Shown one piece after another: positions 9,714 through 20,182 of a stretch of 57,425 bases of DNA. Source of the stretch: Thermotogota bacterium (lineage in GTDB: Bacteria > Hydrothermota > Hydrothermia > LBFQ01); NCBI GenBank assembly GCA_013154295.1, contig JAADCS010000008.1:1-57425 (forward strand), in the 5' to 3' direction. The position numbers and the translations under genes were made by a program. The first letter of the stretch is position 1. Each line of letters starts with the position of its first letter. The notes under the pieces were generated by a model. It ran no database searches. It was not told where the DNA came from and saw nothing but the letters and a program-made list of their open reading frames with translations.

Positions 9714-10612
9714 GGGTTTCGGTAGTCATCCCCACTCTGAACGCCGAGGATAAACTTCCACATCTTTTGGATAGTTTGAGGAAACAAACTGCGAATCCAG
9801 AGATCATTGTAGTGGATTCGTCCTCCTCCGATCGCACTCCGGATATAGGAAAAGGGGCTGACGTGTTCGTTCAGATTCCCCGATCCAAGTTCAACCATGG
9901 TCTTACCAGGAACTTCGGGCTTGAGTTAGCATCGGGGGAAGTGGTGGTCTTTATGTCACAGGACGCTTTACCCGAAAACGAGCTAACCTTGGAAACGCTG
10001 GTACAACCGATCTTTGAAGGAAAAGTGGTGTTAGCTTATGCCCGCCACATACCTCCGCCTGGCACCAAACCCCCGGAGGTGTTCTTCAGGTTGTTCAGTT
10101 ATCCTCCCAAGTCGGAGATACGGCACAGGGATATGCTTTCCCAGATGGGCCTTAGGGTTTTTTCTAACTCCAACGTGTGTGCCGCATACTTGAAGGAAAA
10201 GCTTTTGGAAGTGGGTGGATTTCCCAAGGTTATCCTGTCGGAGGATCTTCTAGTTGCCGCCAAGTTGATACTGGCGGGCTACCGTACGATGTACAATGCC
10301 GATGCGAAAGTCTACCATGCCCACAATTTTACTCCCCTTGCTCTCTTCAGGCGGTACTTCTCAATAGGCGTATTCTACGCAGAGAATAGCTGGCTTAGGA
10401 AATACGGAGGCAGGGGAGATACTCTTCGTTTCTTTTTCCAAGAACTGCTCTATCTGGCTGAAAACTACCCTCTCTGGATACCTTACGCTCTACTTGAAAA
10501 CTTTGCCCGTTTCTTGGGGTTGATCTTGGGATACAATTATCGGCTATTTCCCCGTTCTCTATTATCTACCCTTTCGGGTTATCCCAACTATTTCAATCAA
10601 GCCAACGTATAG
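9710..10612 (+). CDS. GT2 glycosyltransferase (rhamnosyltransferase-like)
   Basis: SVVIPTLN, VVDSSSSD, FNHGLTRN, SQDA and SED. Confidence 0.88.
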   Translation: MRVSVVIPTLNAEDKLPHLLDSLRKQTANPEIIVVDSSSSDRTPDIGKGADVFVQIPRSKFNHGLTRNFGLELASGEVVVFMSQDALPENELTLETLVQPIFEGKVVLAYARHIPPPGTKPPEVFFRLFSYPPKSEIRHRDMLSQMGLRVFSNSNVCAAYLKEKLLEVGGFPKVILSEDLLVAAKLILAGYRTMYNADAKVYHAHNFTPLALFRRYFSIGVFYAENSWLRKYGGRGDTLRFFFQELLYLAENYPLWIPYALLENFARFLGLILGYNYRLFPRSLLSTLSGYPNYFNQANV

Positions 10613-10949
10613 CGTCTTTTCCTAAAGCGTAGAGGTAAGCCACCAAAAGGACAGCGAGGAAAACCCCCCCTTCCACGGCGGCTATGACTTTCATGTCTGC
10701 CACTTTTACGGCCCAAGGTAGCAGAACTGCCACCTCAACGTCAAATACCAAAAAGATGAGAGCTACCAAAAAGTACTTTATAGCTACCTTTCCGTGGGCA
10801 TCTCCTTTTACCTGGATTCCTGATTCGTAGGGGTAGTCCTTAGTGGGTGTGGGGCGGCGGGGTCCAAGAAAGAGCGATACCAGAATCCCTCCGTACGCTA
10901 CTAAAAACCCCACGACTAACATTATTCCGAGCTTCCAAAGTTCAGACAT
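10593..10949 (-). CDS. nuoA: NADH-quinone oxidoreductase subunit A (start moved to ATG 10949)
   Basis: PYESG and YFLVALIFLVFDVE...PWA; TAGAAT 7 nt before ATG. Confidence 0.93.
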   Translation of the reverse strand: MSELWKLGIMLVVGFLVAYGGILVSLFLGPRRPTPTKDYPYESGIQVKGDAHGKVAIKYFLVALIFLVFDVEVAVLLPWAVKVADMKVIAAVEGGVFLAVLLVAYLYALGKDAIRWLD

Positions 10950-10994
10950 AGTAGCTATTCTACCCCCGACCAACGGTTCTCGTGGAGACGTTTG

Positions 10995-11026
10995 AAAAAA
11001 AGAGGGGGGATTTCCCCCCTCTTTTT
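10995..11026 (-). terminator. Intrinsic terminator after rpoC
   Basis: AAAAAAAGAGGGGGGA-TT-TCCCCCCTCTTTTT inverted repeat with a 7-U tract on the minus strand. Confidence 0.85.
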
Positions 11027-14000
11027 AGGATCCTTTGGCCTGCTTTTCCTCCTCCAGTTCTTCAACTTCCAAGAGTATCTTATCCATTCGCCACGCAGGG
11101 AATCCGGTTCCAGCTGGTATCAGATCACCGATTATGACTCGCTCTTTAAGGCCCTTGAGGTTATCCCTCTGCTTACGTACAGCAGCCTCCGCCAGGACTC
11201 TCGGAGCCTCTTCAAAGGATGCCGCCGCCAAGAAGCTGTCGGTGGTGGCGGCTACCTTACTTATACCCAAGAGGATAGGTTCGTATTTGGCGGGTTTCCC
11301 TCCACGTTCTATAACCTTGCGGTTTTCTTCAAGAACACGGTTGAGATCCACTATCTGCTCTGGTAGGAAGATGGTGTTTCCTCCATCCACTATCCTAACT
11401 CTACGGAGCATCTGGCGGATGATGATCTCTATGTGTTTGTCGTTTATCTTCACACCGGAGACACGGTAAACTTTTTGGATCTCCTCCAACAGGTACTCAG
11501 CAGCGGCCTCTTTACCCTTGATGCGGAGTATGTCTTTGGGAGAGATATCCCCGCCTATGAGTTTATCCATGGCTTTAACGCGGTCACCTTTGGAAACCAG
11601 GAGGTACTCACCGTACTTAACCTGGTAAGTCTGGGTGGTACCATCGTCATGTTCTACCACTATGCGGATCATTCCCTTGCGGTCATCTATGATGATATCC
11701 TTGACTATGCCGTCCTTTTCAACTATTACAGCGTTATTCTTGGGTACGCGGGCCTCAAACAGCTCCTCGACCTTGGGCAGTCCTCCAGTTATGTCCCTGG
11801 TCTTGTAGATCAGCCTGGGCACTCTCGCTATTATCTCGCCGGGGTTGACGTAGGGGTTACCGGTACCTTTGAAAATCTCATAGGCCTTCTTGCTCAAACG
11901 GGCATCGTTGGCCAGAGGTATGACCTCTAAGACCTCACCAGTGTTTGGATCCAGTACCTTAGCCTTCGGGTAGAGACGACGGTGCCTGACAACCTCTACC
12001 ACGTACTCTAAGGTGGTTCCTTGGAGATCCTCCTTGAGAGATACCCCTTCTATCAGCCCCTCGAACACCAACTTACCCGCCTTGGTTACCAGAATAGGCA
12101 TGGCGTAGAAGTCCCATTCGGCCAGCACATCTCCCTTCTCCACCCTCTCACCATCGCCTACGAAGATCTTGTAGCCATATTCCAGACCGTACTCTTTATG
12201 ACGTCCATCGCTACCTTCCAAAACGAGCGTTCCTTTGCGCGAAACGACTATCCAACCACCGTCGGCCTGTTCTATGGCCTTGAAATTCTTCCACCTTATC
12301 ACCCCAGGAAAGTGGGCTATATGTTTGGATTCTCCCACTATACGCTCGGCGGCTCCACCTGTGTGTTTAGTTCTTAGGGTGAGCTGGGTTCCAGGTTCAC
12401 CGATGGATTGGGCTGCCACTATACCAACCGCCTCTCCGGTATCCACCTTTTTGCCCGTGGCCAGATTGCGACCGTAACACTTAGCACATACACCGTGGGG
12501 AGCCTGACAGTATAGGACCGAACGGATATGCACCTCGTCTATACCGGCATCCTCTATCCTCTTAGCTTTCTCTTCGGTTATCTCCTCACCGGCTTCCACT
12601 ATCACCTCACCGGTAACGGGATGATAGACATCGTAGAGGGAGTACCTTCCCACTATGCGGTCGGAGAGAGGTTCTATAACCGTTTCCCCCTCCTTGAGAG
12701 CCCGAACGGCCCTTCCCTGTATGGCTCCACAGTCCTCCATCGTGACGACCACCTCTTGGGCGGCATCCACAAGCCTACGGGTTAGGTAGCCGGCATCGGC
12801 CGTCTTCATGGCCACGTCGGAAAGACCCTTACGGGCGCCGTGGGAGGAGATGAAGAACTCTATGGAGGAGAGTCCTTCCTTTAGAGAGGAGAGTACCGGG
12901 GTCGGTATCAACTCGCCGGCCTGTCCCTTCTTGGCTGGCCGTGTCATCAGGCCTCTCATGGCACCCAACTGCCGTGTTTGGTCTATGTTACCTCTGGCTC
13001 CGGACATCACCATCATGTAGAGAGGGTTGAAACCGTCCTTATCCTTCTTTAGGTACTCTAACATCTTGGAGGTGACCTCCTCGGTCACACGGGTCCAGAT
13101 GTCAAAGATTCTCTGCTGTTTTTCGGCGTGGGTTATCTTTCCTTGAGCATGGAGTCTCTCTATCTGCTCGATCTCTTTGAAGGCTTTCTTGATTATACGC
13201 TCCTTTTCAGGAGGTACTATCACATCGTCTATACCGAAGGTGACACCGGACCAGGCTGCCCATTTGAAGCCCAGCTCCTTCATATTATCAAGGAAGTGAG
13301 CGGTCTCCCATGTTCCAAGGTGTTTGTATATTCTTCCTACGAGCCTGGCTATATCCTTCTTGCCGTACTCTTTGTTTATGTCGGAGTAGGTTAGGCCAAC
13401 CTCCCACATCCTCTGGGGAACTATAGAAGCGAAAACGGCCCTTCCGGCTGTGGTGCGTACCAGTTCTCTTTCGGTTTGGGGATCGTATCCGAAGGGATTG
13501 CCACTCTTAGGTACGGAGACGTATATGGGGTCGTTGACATCGACGGCATCGTTCTCGAGGGCCAGGATGGCCTCGTATAGATCGGCAAACTTGGGCAACT
13601 TATCCTCACTCCTGTCGGTAGGTTTCTCCTTGGTTAGGAAGTTTATACCTATGACCATGTCCTGCGAGGCTGTAGCCAGAGGGCCACCATGGGCAGGTGA
13701 AAGGATGTTATGGGGGGCTAAGAGCAGAGCGTAAGTTTCGGCTATAGCCTCCGGATGGATGGGTACGAAGACGGCCATTTGGTCTCCATCAAAGTCGGCG
13801 TTATAGGCTGCGCATACCAGAGGATGAAGTTTTATAGCATAACCTTCAGTCAAAACTGGCTCGAAGGCCTGAATGGATACCCTGTGGAGCGTGGGTGCTC
13901 TGTTAAGCATGACCGGATAATGCCGGGTTATATCCGAAAGTAACTCCAGGGTCTGGTGGTTCTTTTCCTTTATAAACTCGTGTTTTTCGGATCTGGTGTA

Positions 14001-15278
14001 TGCCAAACCCGTCCTCTCTAACTTCTCCTCAAGCCAAGGTTTAAAGAGCTCAAGGGCCATATCTTTGGGTAACCCCATCTGATGAAGTTTGAGCTCAGGA
14101 CCGACCACTATAACGGCACGACCGGAGTAATCCACCCTTTTACCCAATAGGTTTCTACGCAACAACCCCTTCTTTCCACGTAAGTAATCAGTGAGGGACT
14201 TACGGCGCTGACCGCTCCTGTTGGTGGAGGGACGGCGCAAGCGGGAGTTATCAATTAGGGCCTCAACTGCGTGCTTTATTTGGCGTTTTTCGTTTATTAT
14301 CATTAGCTCGAAACCACCCTTCTCGTATATCTGCTTGAGACGATGGTTACGACGGATCACGTCCCTATAGAGATCCGTCAGGTCGGTGTTGGCGAACTTA
14401 CCACCCTCCAAGGGGAGTAGGGGTCGCAGATCCGGAGGCAAAACGGGTATAACCTCAAGCACCATCCAGGCCGGATTCTGACCCGACAGGATAAAAGCTT
14501 CTATTATCTTGAGACGGTTTATGAGACGGGTACGCTCAGTGGGATTGGTGGTGTTCATGAACTTCAAACGGGTATCCCTGTACAGGTATTCAAGGCGGGT
14601 CATCCTCTCGCGGGTCCTTTCATCCTCAACCACCTCGTTCAACTCCTCAAGGAGCTTCTTTATCGCCTCGGCTCCCCATCCGGCGATGAAGGAGTCGGGT
14701 CCAAGGACACTTATGAGCTTGCGATACTCTTCCACCGAAAGCACCTGCCCCTTCTTCATATGGATGGTGCGCGTGCTGCCATCATCCATTTCTATCTTGA
14801 CAGTGGCAGGCGATCTCTTAGGATCAAGGATCACATAGGCGTCATAGTTTATTATGAGCTCAAATTTGCTCTTGGGTATCCCCAAGAGGGTGGGTATGAT
14901 GTAGGGAGGCATCTTGTAAAACCAAGGATGTACTACGGGGGTATTGAGAACGATGTACCCCATCCTCTCGCGGCGTACGTCGGACCTCGTCACCTCCACT
15001 CCGCATCTATCACATATAACTCCCTCGTACCTTCTGCCTTTGAACTTACCACAGGCGCATTCGTAATCCTTGACGGGTCCGAATATCCTTTCACAGTAAA
15101 GACCCCCAGGTTCGGGTTTCAGCGTTTTGTAGTTTATCGTTTCGGCGCTTTTAACCTCACCTGCGCCATACTCCCCCCTTTCGCGTCCCTTTCTCTCGGC
15201 CTCCGACCAACGTTTTATGGCGTCGGGAGAGGCCAGAGAGGCTATAACCGCCTTTATAGTTTTCCAAGTGGTCGCCAT
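11025..15278 (-). CDS. rpoC: RNA polymerase beta' subunit (start moved to ATG 15278)
   Basis: Zinc-finger CACGK...CDRC, NADFDGD and bridge helix GYLTRRL; SD-like GGGGG before MATTWK. Confidence 0.98.
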   Translation of the reverse strand: MATTWKTIKAVIASLASPDAIKRWSEAERKGRERGEYGAGEVKSAETINYKTLKPEPGGLYCERIFGPVKDYECACGKFKGRRYEGVICDRCGVEVTRSDVRRERMGYIVLNTPVVHPWFYKMPPYIIPTLLGIPKSKFELIINYDAYVILDPKRSPATVKIEMDDGSTRTIHMKKGQVLSVEEYRKLISVLGPDSFIAGWGAEAIKKLLEELNEVVEDERTRERMTRLEYLYRDTRLKFMNTTNPTERTRLINRLKIIEAFILSGQNPAWMVLEVIPVLPPDLRPLLPLEGGKFANTDLTDLYRDVIRRNHRLKQIYEKGGFELMIINEKRQIKHAVEALIDNSRLRRPSTNRSGQRRKSLTDYLRGKKGLLRRNLLGKRVDYSGRAVIVVGPELKLHQMGLPKDMALELFKPWLEEKLERTGLAYTRSEKHEFIKEKNHQTLELLSDITRHYPVMLNRAPTLHRVSIQAFEPVLTEGYAIKLHPLVCAAYNADFDGDQMAVFVPIHPEAIAETYALLLAPHNILSPAHGGPLATASQDMVIGINFLTKEKPTDRSEDKLPKFADLYEAILALENDAVDVNDPIYVSVPKSGNPFGYDPQTERELVRTTAGRAVFASIVPQRMWEVGLTYSDINKEYGKKDIARLVGRIYKHLGTWETAHFLDNMKELGFKWAAWSGVTFGIDDVIVPPEKERIIKKAFKEIEQIERLHAQGKITHAEKQQRIFDIWTRVTEEVTSKMLEYLKKDKDGFNPLYMMVMSGARGNIDQTRQLGAMRGLMTRPAKKGQAGELIPTPVLSSLKEGLSSIEFFISSHGARKGLSDVAMKTADAGYLTRRLVDAAQEVVVTMEDCGAIQGRAVRALKEGETVIEPLSDRIVGRYSLYDVYHPVTGEVIVEAGEEITEEKAKRIEDAGIDEVHIRSVLYCQAPHGVCAKCYGRNLATGKKVDTGEAVGIVAAQSIGEPGTQLTLRTKHTGGAAERIVGESKHIAHFPGVIRWKNFKAIEQADGGWIVVSRKGTLVLEGSDGRHKEYGLEYGYKIFVGDGERVEKGDVLAEWDFYAMPILVTKAGKLVFEGLIEGVSLKEDLQGTTLEYVVEVVRHRRLYPKAKVLDPNTGEVLEVIPLANDARLSKKAYEIFKGTGNPYVNPGEIIARVPRLIYKTRDITGGLPKVEELFEARVPKNNAVIVEKDGIVKDIIIDDRKGMIRIVVEHDDGTTQTYQVKYGEYLLVSKGDRVKAMDKLIGGDISPKDILRIKGKEAAAEYLLEEIQKVYRVSGVKINDKHIEIIIRQMLRRVRIVDGGNTIFLPEQIVDLNRVLEENRKVIERGGKPAKYEPILLGISKVAATTDSFLAAASFEEAPRVLAEAAVRKQRDNLKGLKERVIIGDLIPAGTGFPAWRMDKILLEVEELEEEKQAKGS

Positions 15279-15288
15279 GTTTCCCCCT

Positions 15289-18200
15289 TTACTTTTCTTC
15301 TTCTCTTTCCATCTTAAGATCAACCGCGAGCGCCTTCAGGAACTTCGTAAGAACCTGGAAGGTTGCGGGAGTTGAAGGCAAGGGAGGTTCCGTCCCCTCA
15401 CGTATGGCCTTGTAGGTTTGAACCCTTCCTTTTATATCATCGCTCTTCACGGTTAACATCTCCCATAGGGCATAGGCGGCGCCGTGGGCTTCCAGTGCCC
15501 AAACCTCCATCTCTCCGAATCTCTGACCACCCATGTGGGCGCGGCCACCTACGGGTTGTTGGGTTATAAGCGAATAAGGACCTGTAGAGCGAGCGTGGAT
15601 CTTATCCTCGGCCATGTGTATGAGTTTCATTATATACATGGATCCGACGGTTACAGGATATTTGAGGTATTCACCGGTGCGTCCGTCCCTAAGGCGCATC
15701 TTACCGCCCTCGCTTAATCCCGCCAATTTGAGTTGCTCCTTTACCTCCTCCACGGTCAAACTTTGGAAGGCGGGAGCTGCGTACTTAACACCCTTACGAG
15801 CTATCTCCTCGGCAAACGCCTTAAGATCCTCTTTCTCCGCCTCTCTTATCCAGCGTTTTAGGTTTTCATCCCTGTGGGGCTCGTAGAGTTTCATAAGGAA
15901 GGTACGGAGCTCGGAGATGGGTGCTTTGCTCTCCAGGAGTTTACGTAGCTTCTCAGTGTTTCTTATAGCAGCGTAACCCAAAACCGTTTCCAATATCTGA
16001 CCGAAGTTCATACGTGATGGGACACCCAAGGGGTTGAGAACCACGTCAACGGGAGTTCCATCTTCCATAAAAGGCATATCGGCTCTCGGTGCCACTATGG
16101 ATATGACACCCTTGTTTCCATGGCGTCCGGCCAATTTGTCGCCAACGCGGATCTTGCGCTTTTGGGCTATGTAGACTTTTATAACCTGGCGTACTCCGGC
16201 GGGAAGATCGTCTCCCCTACGGATGGTGGCCAGGCCTTCATCATACTCCTCCATCAACCGTTCATAAGCTTCCTGTCCATCTTCCACCGTCTTAATAAAC
16301 TCATCCTCTATCTCTCTGTCCTCAAAGGTGCCGGGTTCCACTACCAGCTTGAGAGGATCAACACTCTGAAGGAATTCCAAAGTTACCTTATCGCCCGCTT
16401 TCAAGATCTCCACTAACTCGTCCCCTTTGCGGATCCATATAGGCTTCTTCACTTCGTGGCCTAAAGCTATAGAGAGCGATTCCCTTAGTGTAGCTCTAAG
16501 ATCGTTTATCCGTAGGTTTATCTCATCAAGAAGCTTTTTCTGACGGGGACCTATAGGTCTGTCGGGGGGTATGGGTCTATCGGGACGTACGCTATCGTCT
16601 ACGTACAGTTCTCCGGGTATGAAGTTACCTTCTTTATCGTTCATCCCGAAGGCCAGAGGATCGTCTGGTAACGATCTGGTGAGTATTTCAACTCCTATAA
16701 CGGTCCCATAGACGCTCGGAGGCACCCTCAAGGAGGTGTTCTTCCAGGGGCGCGACTTTTCGCCGAAGATAGACATAAGAAGTTTCTCCTCCGGTGAGAG
16801 TTCGCTGAACTTTTTCTCCTCCCGTGGAGTGTTTTTACCTACTAAAATATCCCTCGGCGACACCTTGGTCCCTATACGGGCTATGCCGTACTCGTCCAGA
16901 TGCTGAAGTCGAGAAGGTTTCTCCTTGTAAGGTTCGGGAGTTACTATCTCTGGGCCAAGGCGAGTGTCTAAGACGTCGGTGGTAAACTCCAAGATATGGA
17001 AGGAAGTTAGAAGGTCTTCCATGACTATACGATCGGATATGACTATGGCATCTTCGAAGTTGTAGCCGTACCATGGCATGAAAGCTACGGTCAGGTTTCT
17101 TCCTAACGAGATTTCACCACCTACCGAAGATAGATTCTCGGCCAAAATATCACCCTTCTTGACCTTTTGACCTTTCCTAACTTTGGGAATATAGTGTATT
17201 ATAGTATTCTGGCCCGAACGCTCAAAAACACGAAGATGATAGGTTTTTAGGTTAAACCTGGCGCCTTCTGGCCGAATCATTATCTTCTGGAAATCTACAT
17301 AGGCTACCTCACCGTTTTCCTCGGCCAGAATCACGGCTCCGCTGTCTTTAGCGATCTTCTCTTCCATACCGGTACCTACCAAGGGGGGTTCCGGATTGAG
17401 AAGGGGAACGGCCTGTCTCTGCATGTTGGATCCCATCAGAGCACGGTTGGCGTCGTCGTACTCCAAGAAGGGTATCAAGGAGGTTGAGGGGGATATTATC
17501 TGCCTCGGCGATAAGTCCATGTAATCTATATGCTCGCGATCCACGAAGATGTAGTTGCGCCGATGTCTGACTATGATGTTTTTGGCCTTCTTTATGAGTT
17601 TGGTTTTGGGATGAACCTCCAGATCAGCGGGTGCTATGCGGAGATTGTAATCCTCATGAGGTGCCACGTAGGAGATCCTGTTGGTGACCTTACCGTTCTC
17701 AACCTTGACTATGGGGGTCTCTAAGAAACCCAGGTCATTTATGCGGGCGTAGACCGTAGGTGAGAGTATCAAACCTATGTTTTGACCTTCCGGAGTTTCT
17801 ATAGGGCATATACGGCCGTAGTGGGAGGGATGGACGTCCCGTACCTCCAAAGTGGCCGTTTCGCGCGTTAATCCGCCTTTACCTAAAGCTGATATGCGGC
17901 GCTTGTTGGTCAGTTCGGAGAGAGGATTCGTCTGATCCAAAAGTTGGGAAAGGCTGTTTTGGGTAAAGAAGGCTACTACGGATCTGGAAACTATCTTCGG
18001 ATGTACGATCTTACGTAGGGAGCTTTCCTCATCTATAAGCTTTTCGCGAATACCTTTAGCCGTTCTTATAAATTCAGTACGCACGGCCTCATAGAGCTGC
18101 TCGCCAACGCGTTTTATCCTACGGTGAGCCAAATCGTCTATATCGTCCTCTTCACCCTCTCCTCTGTAGAGGTTTATAAGTTCTCTTAAGGCGACTATAA

Positions 18201-19722
18201 AGTCCTCCTTAGTGAACTTTTCAACATCTTCGGCCGGTATTCCGTACCCTTCGAGATCCCTTAGATGTTTTTCAAAGTCAAGGCGGGCGTTTATTTTGTA
18301 CCTACCTACCCTACCCAAATACGTCTTATCCGGTGAGAAAAAGTAGGCCCTTAGGAACTCTTCGGCCGTCTCCAAGGTGGAAGATGAGAACCTTATGGTC
18401 CTGTAGATAAAACGGATGGCTTCCTCCTTGGTTCGCATCTTATCATCCTTCAGAGCCTTGTATATGAGTGAAACGGCAGGATCCTTGGGATCGAAGACCT
18501 TCACCTTCGCCACGCGATGTTCCTTAAGGATCTCAAGTATGTTATCGTCTATGAGAATCGGTTCGACGTTTTTATCCTTTTTGGATTCTTTGAACATGGG
18601 GACGATTATCTCTCCATCCTCATTCACCACATCCTCCGCCAGATAGTATCCTTTCGCCTCGGACACCGATACCTCTTTAGCTATGTGGCCGATGGCCACT
18701 TTAACTATCTGGCGAGGCGTTTCAAGTCCCATGAACCTTAGGAATCGGGTAAGATAGAACTTTCTCTTGCGAAGGACGAAATAAATACCTTTCTCACCCT
18801 CTATACGGAGTTCCATCCAGGGTCCCCTGTAGGGTATGAGCAAGGCTTTGAAGATCTTATTCAAGCCCTCTTCGTCTACTACGAAGTATATCCCTGGAGA
18901 GCGGTGTATCTGGCTTATAACCACCCTCTCAACACCCTGAACGACGAAAGTCCCCCTTTCGGTCATGTAAGGGATGTCGGTAAAGTAAACTACATCTTCT
19001 CTTTCTTCCTCTAACATACCGTTTTCGTCAAACACCCTTTCTATCACCCGTATATGGATCGGAACCGAATAGGTGAGATCCTTCTTCTGGGCATCCTCTG
19101 GGGTGCGGGAAGGCCTCCCTACCTTGTAGTCCAAGTACTCTATTTCAACACGTCCGGATGTACTCTGGATGGGAAAGATCTCCCTTAAAATTTGGTGCAG
19201 GCTCGTTCTTGAACGTGGATCGGAATAATCGAAGAAGGAGTCTTCCACCTCGTAGCGCAGGGATCCGATCCGGGTGGCCACCTCATTCTTGAACTTCTCA
19301 ATTGACTCTTTAGATAGTCCAACGAAACCGATTCGGGTGTCGGGATGGGAGGCCGTGAGATCCAGGAGGCGTTTCATCTCCTCTCTGCTATAGGATCTCT
19401 TAGGCAAAACGATATAATGCTGTTGGGGTTTAGGTATATCCTCCCGCGTCACTTCTTCTCCGAACTCGTCCCTCAGTATGGTTTCAAATTCCTTGGCCAG
19501 TTCGTAACGCTCACTCGTTTTCCCTTTATAAACCTTTATGGCTAAAGCCCATCTTTCGGCCAGATCCCGCAAAAAGTTCAAGAGAGCATTCCCACGACTG
19601 GTAGGACTCCATAGGACGTTGAACCTCTCAGCCAGAAAATCATCATAAGATTTAAGCTGCAAAGCCAAAAGATAGGGTATATCCTTCTCCTCTATCTTTC
19701 CTACCCTCACAACCTGTTGCAT
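15289..19722 (-). CDS. rpoB: RNA polymerase beta subunit with a large N-terminal insertion
   Basis: [23 protein letters not shown] and [22 protein letters not shown]. Confidence 0.98.
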   Translation of the reverse strand: [1477 protein letters not shown]

Positions 19723-19743
19723 GGGTTCCTCCTTTTAAACGCC

Positions 19744-19774
19744 AAAGAGGGGAAGCCCTTGGTGACTTCCCCTC
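19744..19774 (-). terminator. rplL-rpoB intergenic hairpin (attenuator-like)
   Basis: 9-bp stem GAGGGGAAG/CTTCCCCTC followed by a short U tract, at the same position as the known rplL-rpoB attenuator. Confidence 0.6.
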
Positions 19775-19792
19775 GTATCTCGGTGCGCGGTT

Positions 19793-20179
19793 TTACTTGA
19801 GTTCAACCTTGGCCCCAGCCGCCTCAAATTTCTTCTTGATCTCCTCGGCCTCCTCTTTGGAGACTCCTTCCTTTATAACCTTGGGCAGACCCTCTATCAT
19901 GGCTTTGGCCTCTTTGAGGCCCACACCGGTGACCTCGCGGATCACTTTCAGGGCCTTTATCTTGTTGTCTATGGCCGTCAGGACCACGTCAAAGGAGGTC
20001 TTCTCCTCCTCCTGTGCCTCGGCACCGGCGGCGCCGGGGACAGCGGCTACGGCCACAGGGGCGGCGGCACTGACGCCGAACTTGTCCTCCAAAGCTTTGA
20101 CAAGCTCGGCGAGTTCCAAAACCGTCAGCTGCTCAATTGCGGCGACTATCTCCTCCACCGAGAGTTTTTTCTCTGTCAT
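19793..20179 (-). CDS. rplL: 50S ribosomal protein L7/L12
   Basis: [23 protein letters not shown] and GLKEAK. Confidence 0.98.
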   Translation of the reverse strand: MTEKKLSVEEIVAAIEQLTVLELAELVKALEDKFGVSAAAPVAVAAVPGAAGAEAQEEEKTSFDVVLTAIDNKIKALKVIREVTGVGLKEAKAMIEGLPKVIKEGVSKEEAEEIKKKFEAAGAKVELK

Positions 20180-20182
20180 CTT

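Noticed and set aside
16546-16587. [12 protein letters not shown] micro-repeat in RpoB
   Set aside because: A short proline-rich duplication inside a known variable insertion region, with no evidence of a separate function.
19228-19629. Intein in RpoB (also considered for the NusG and TrpRS inserts)
   Set aside because: No C/S start block, no HN-C/S/T end and no LAGLIDADG motif.
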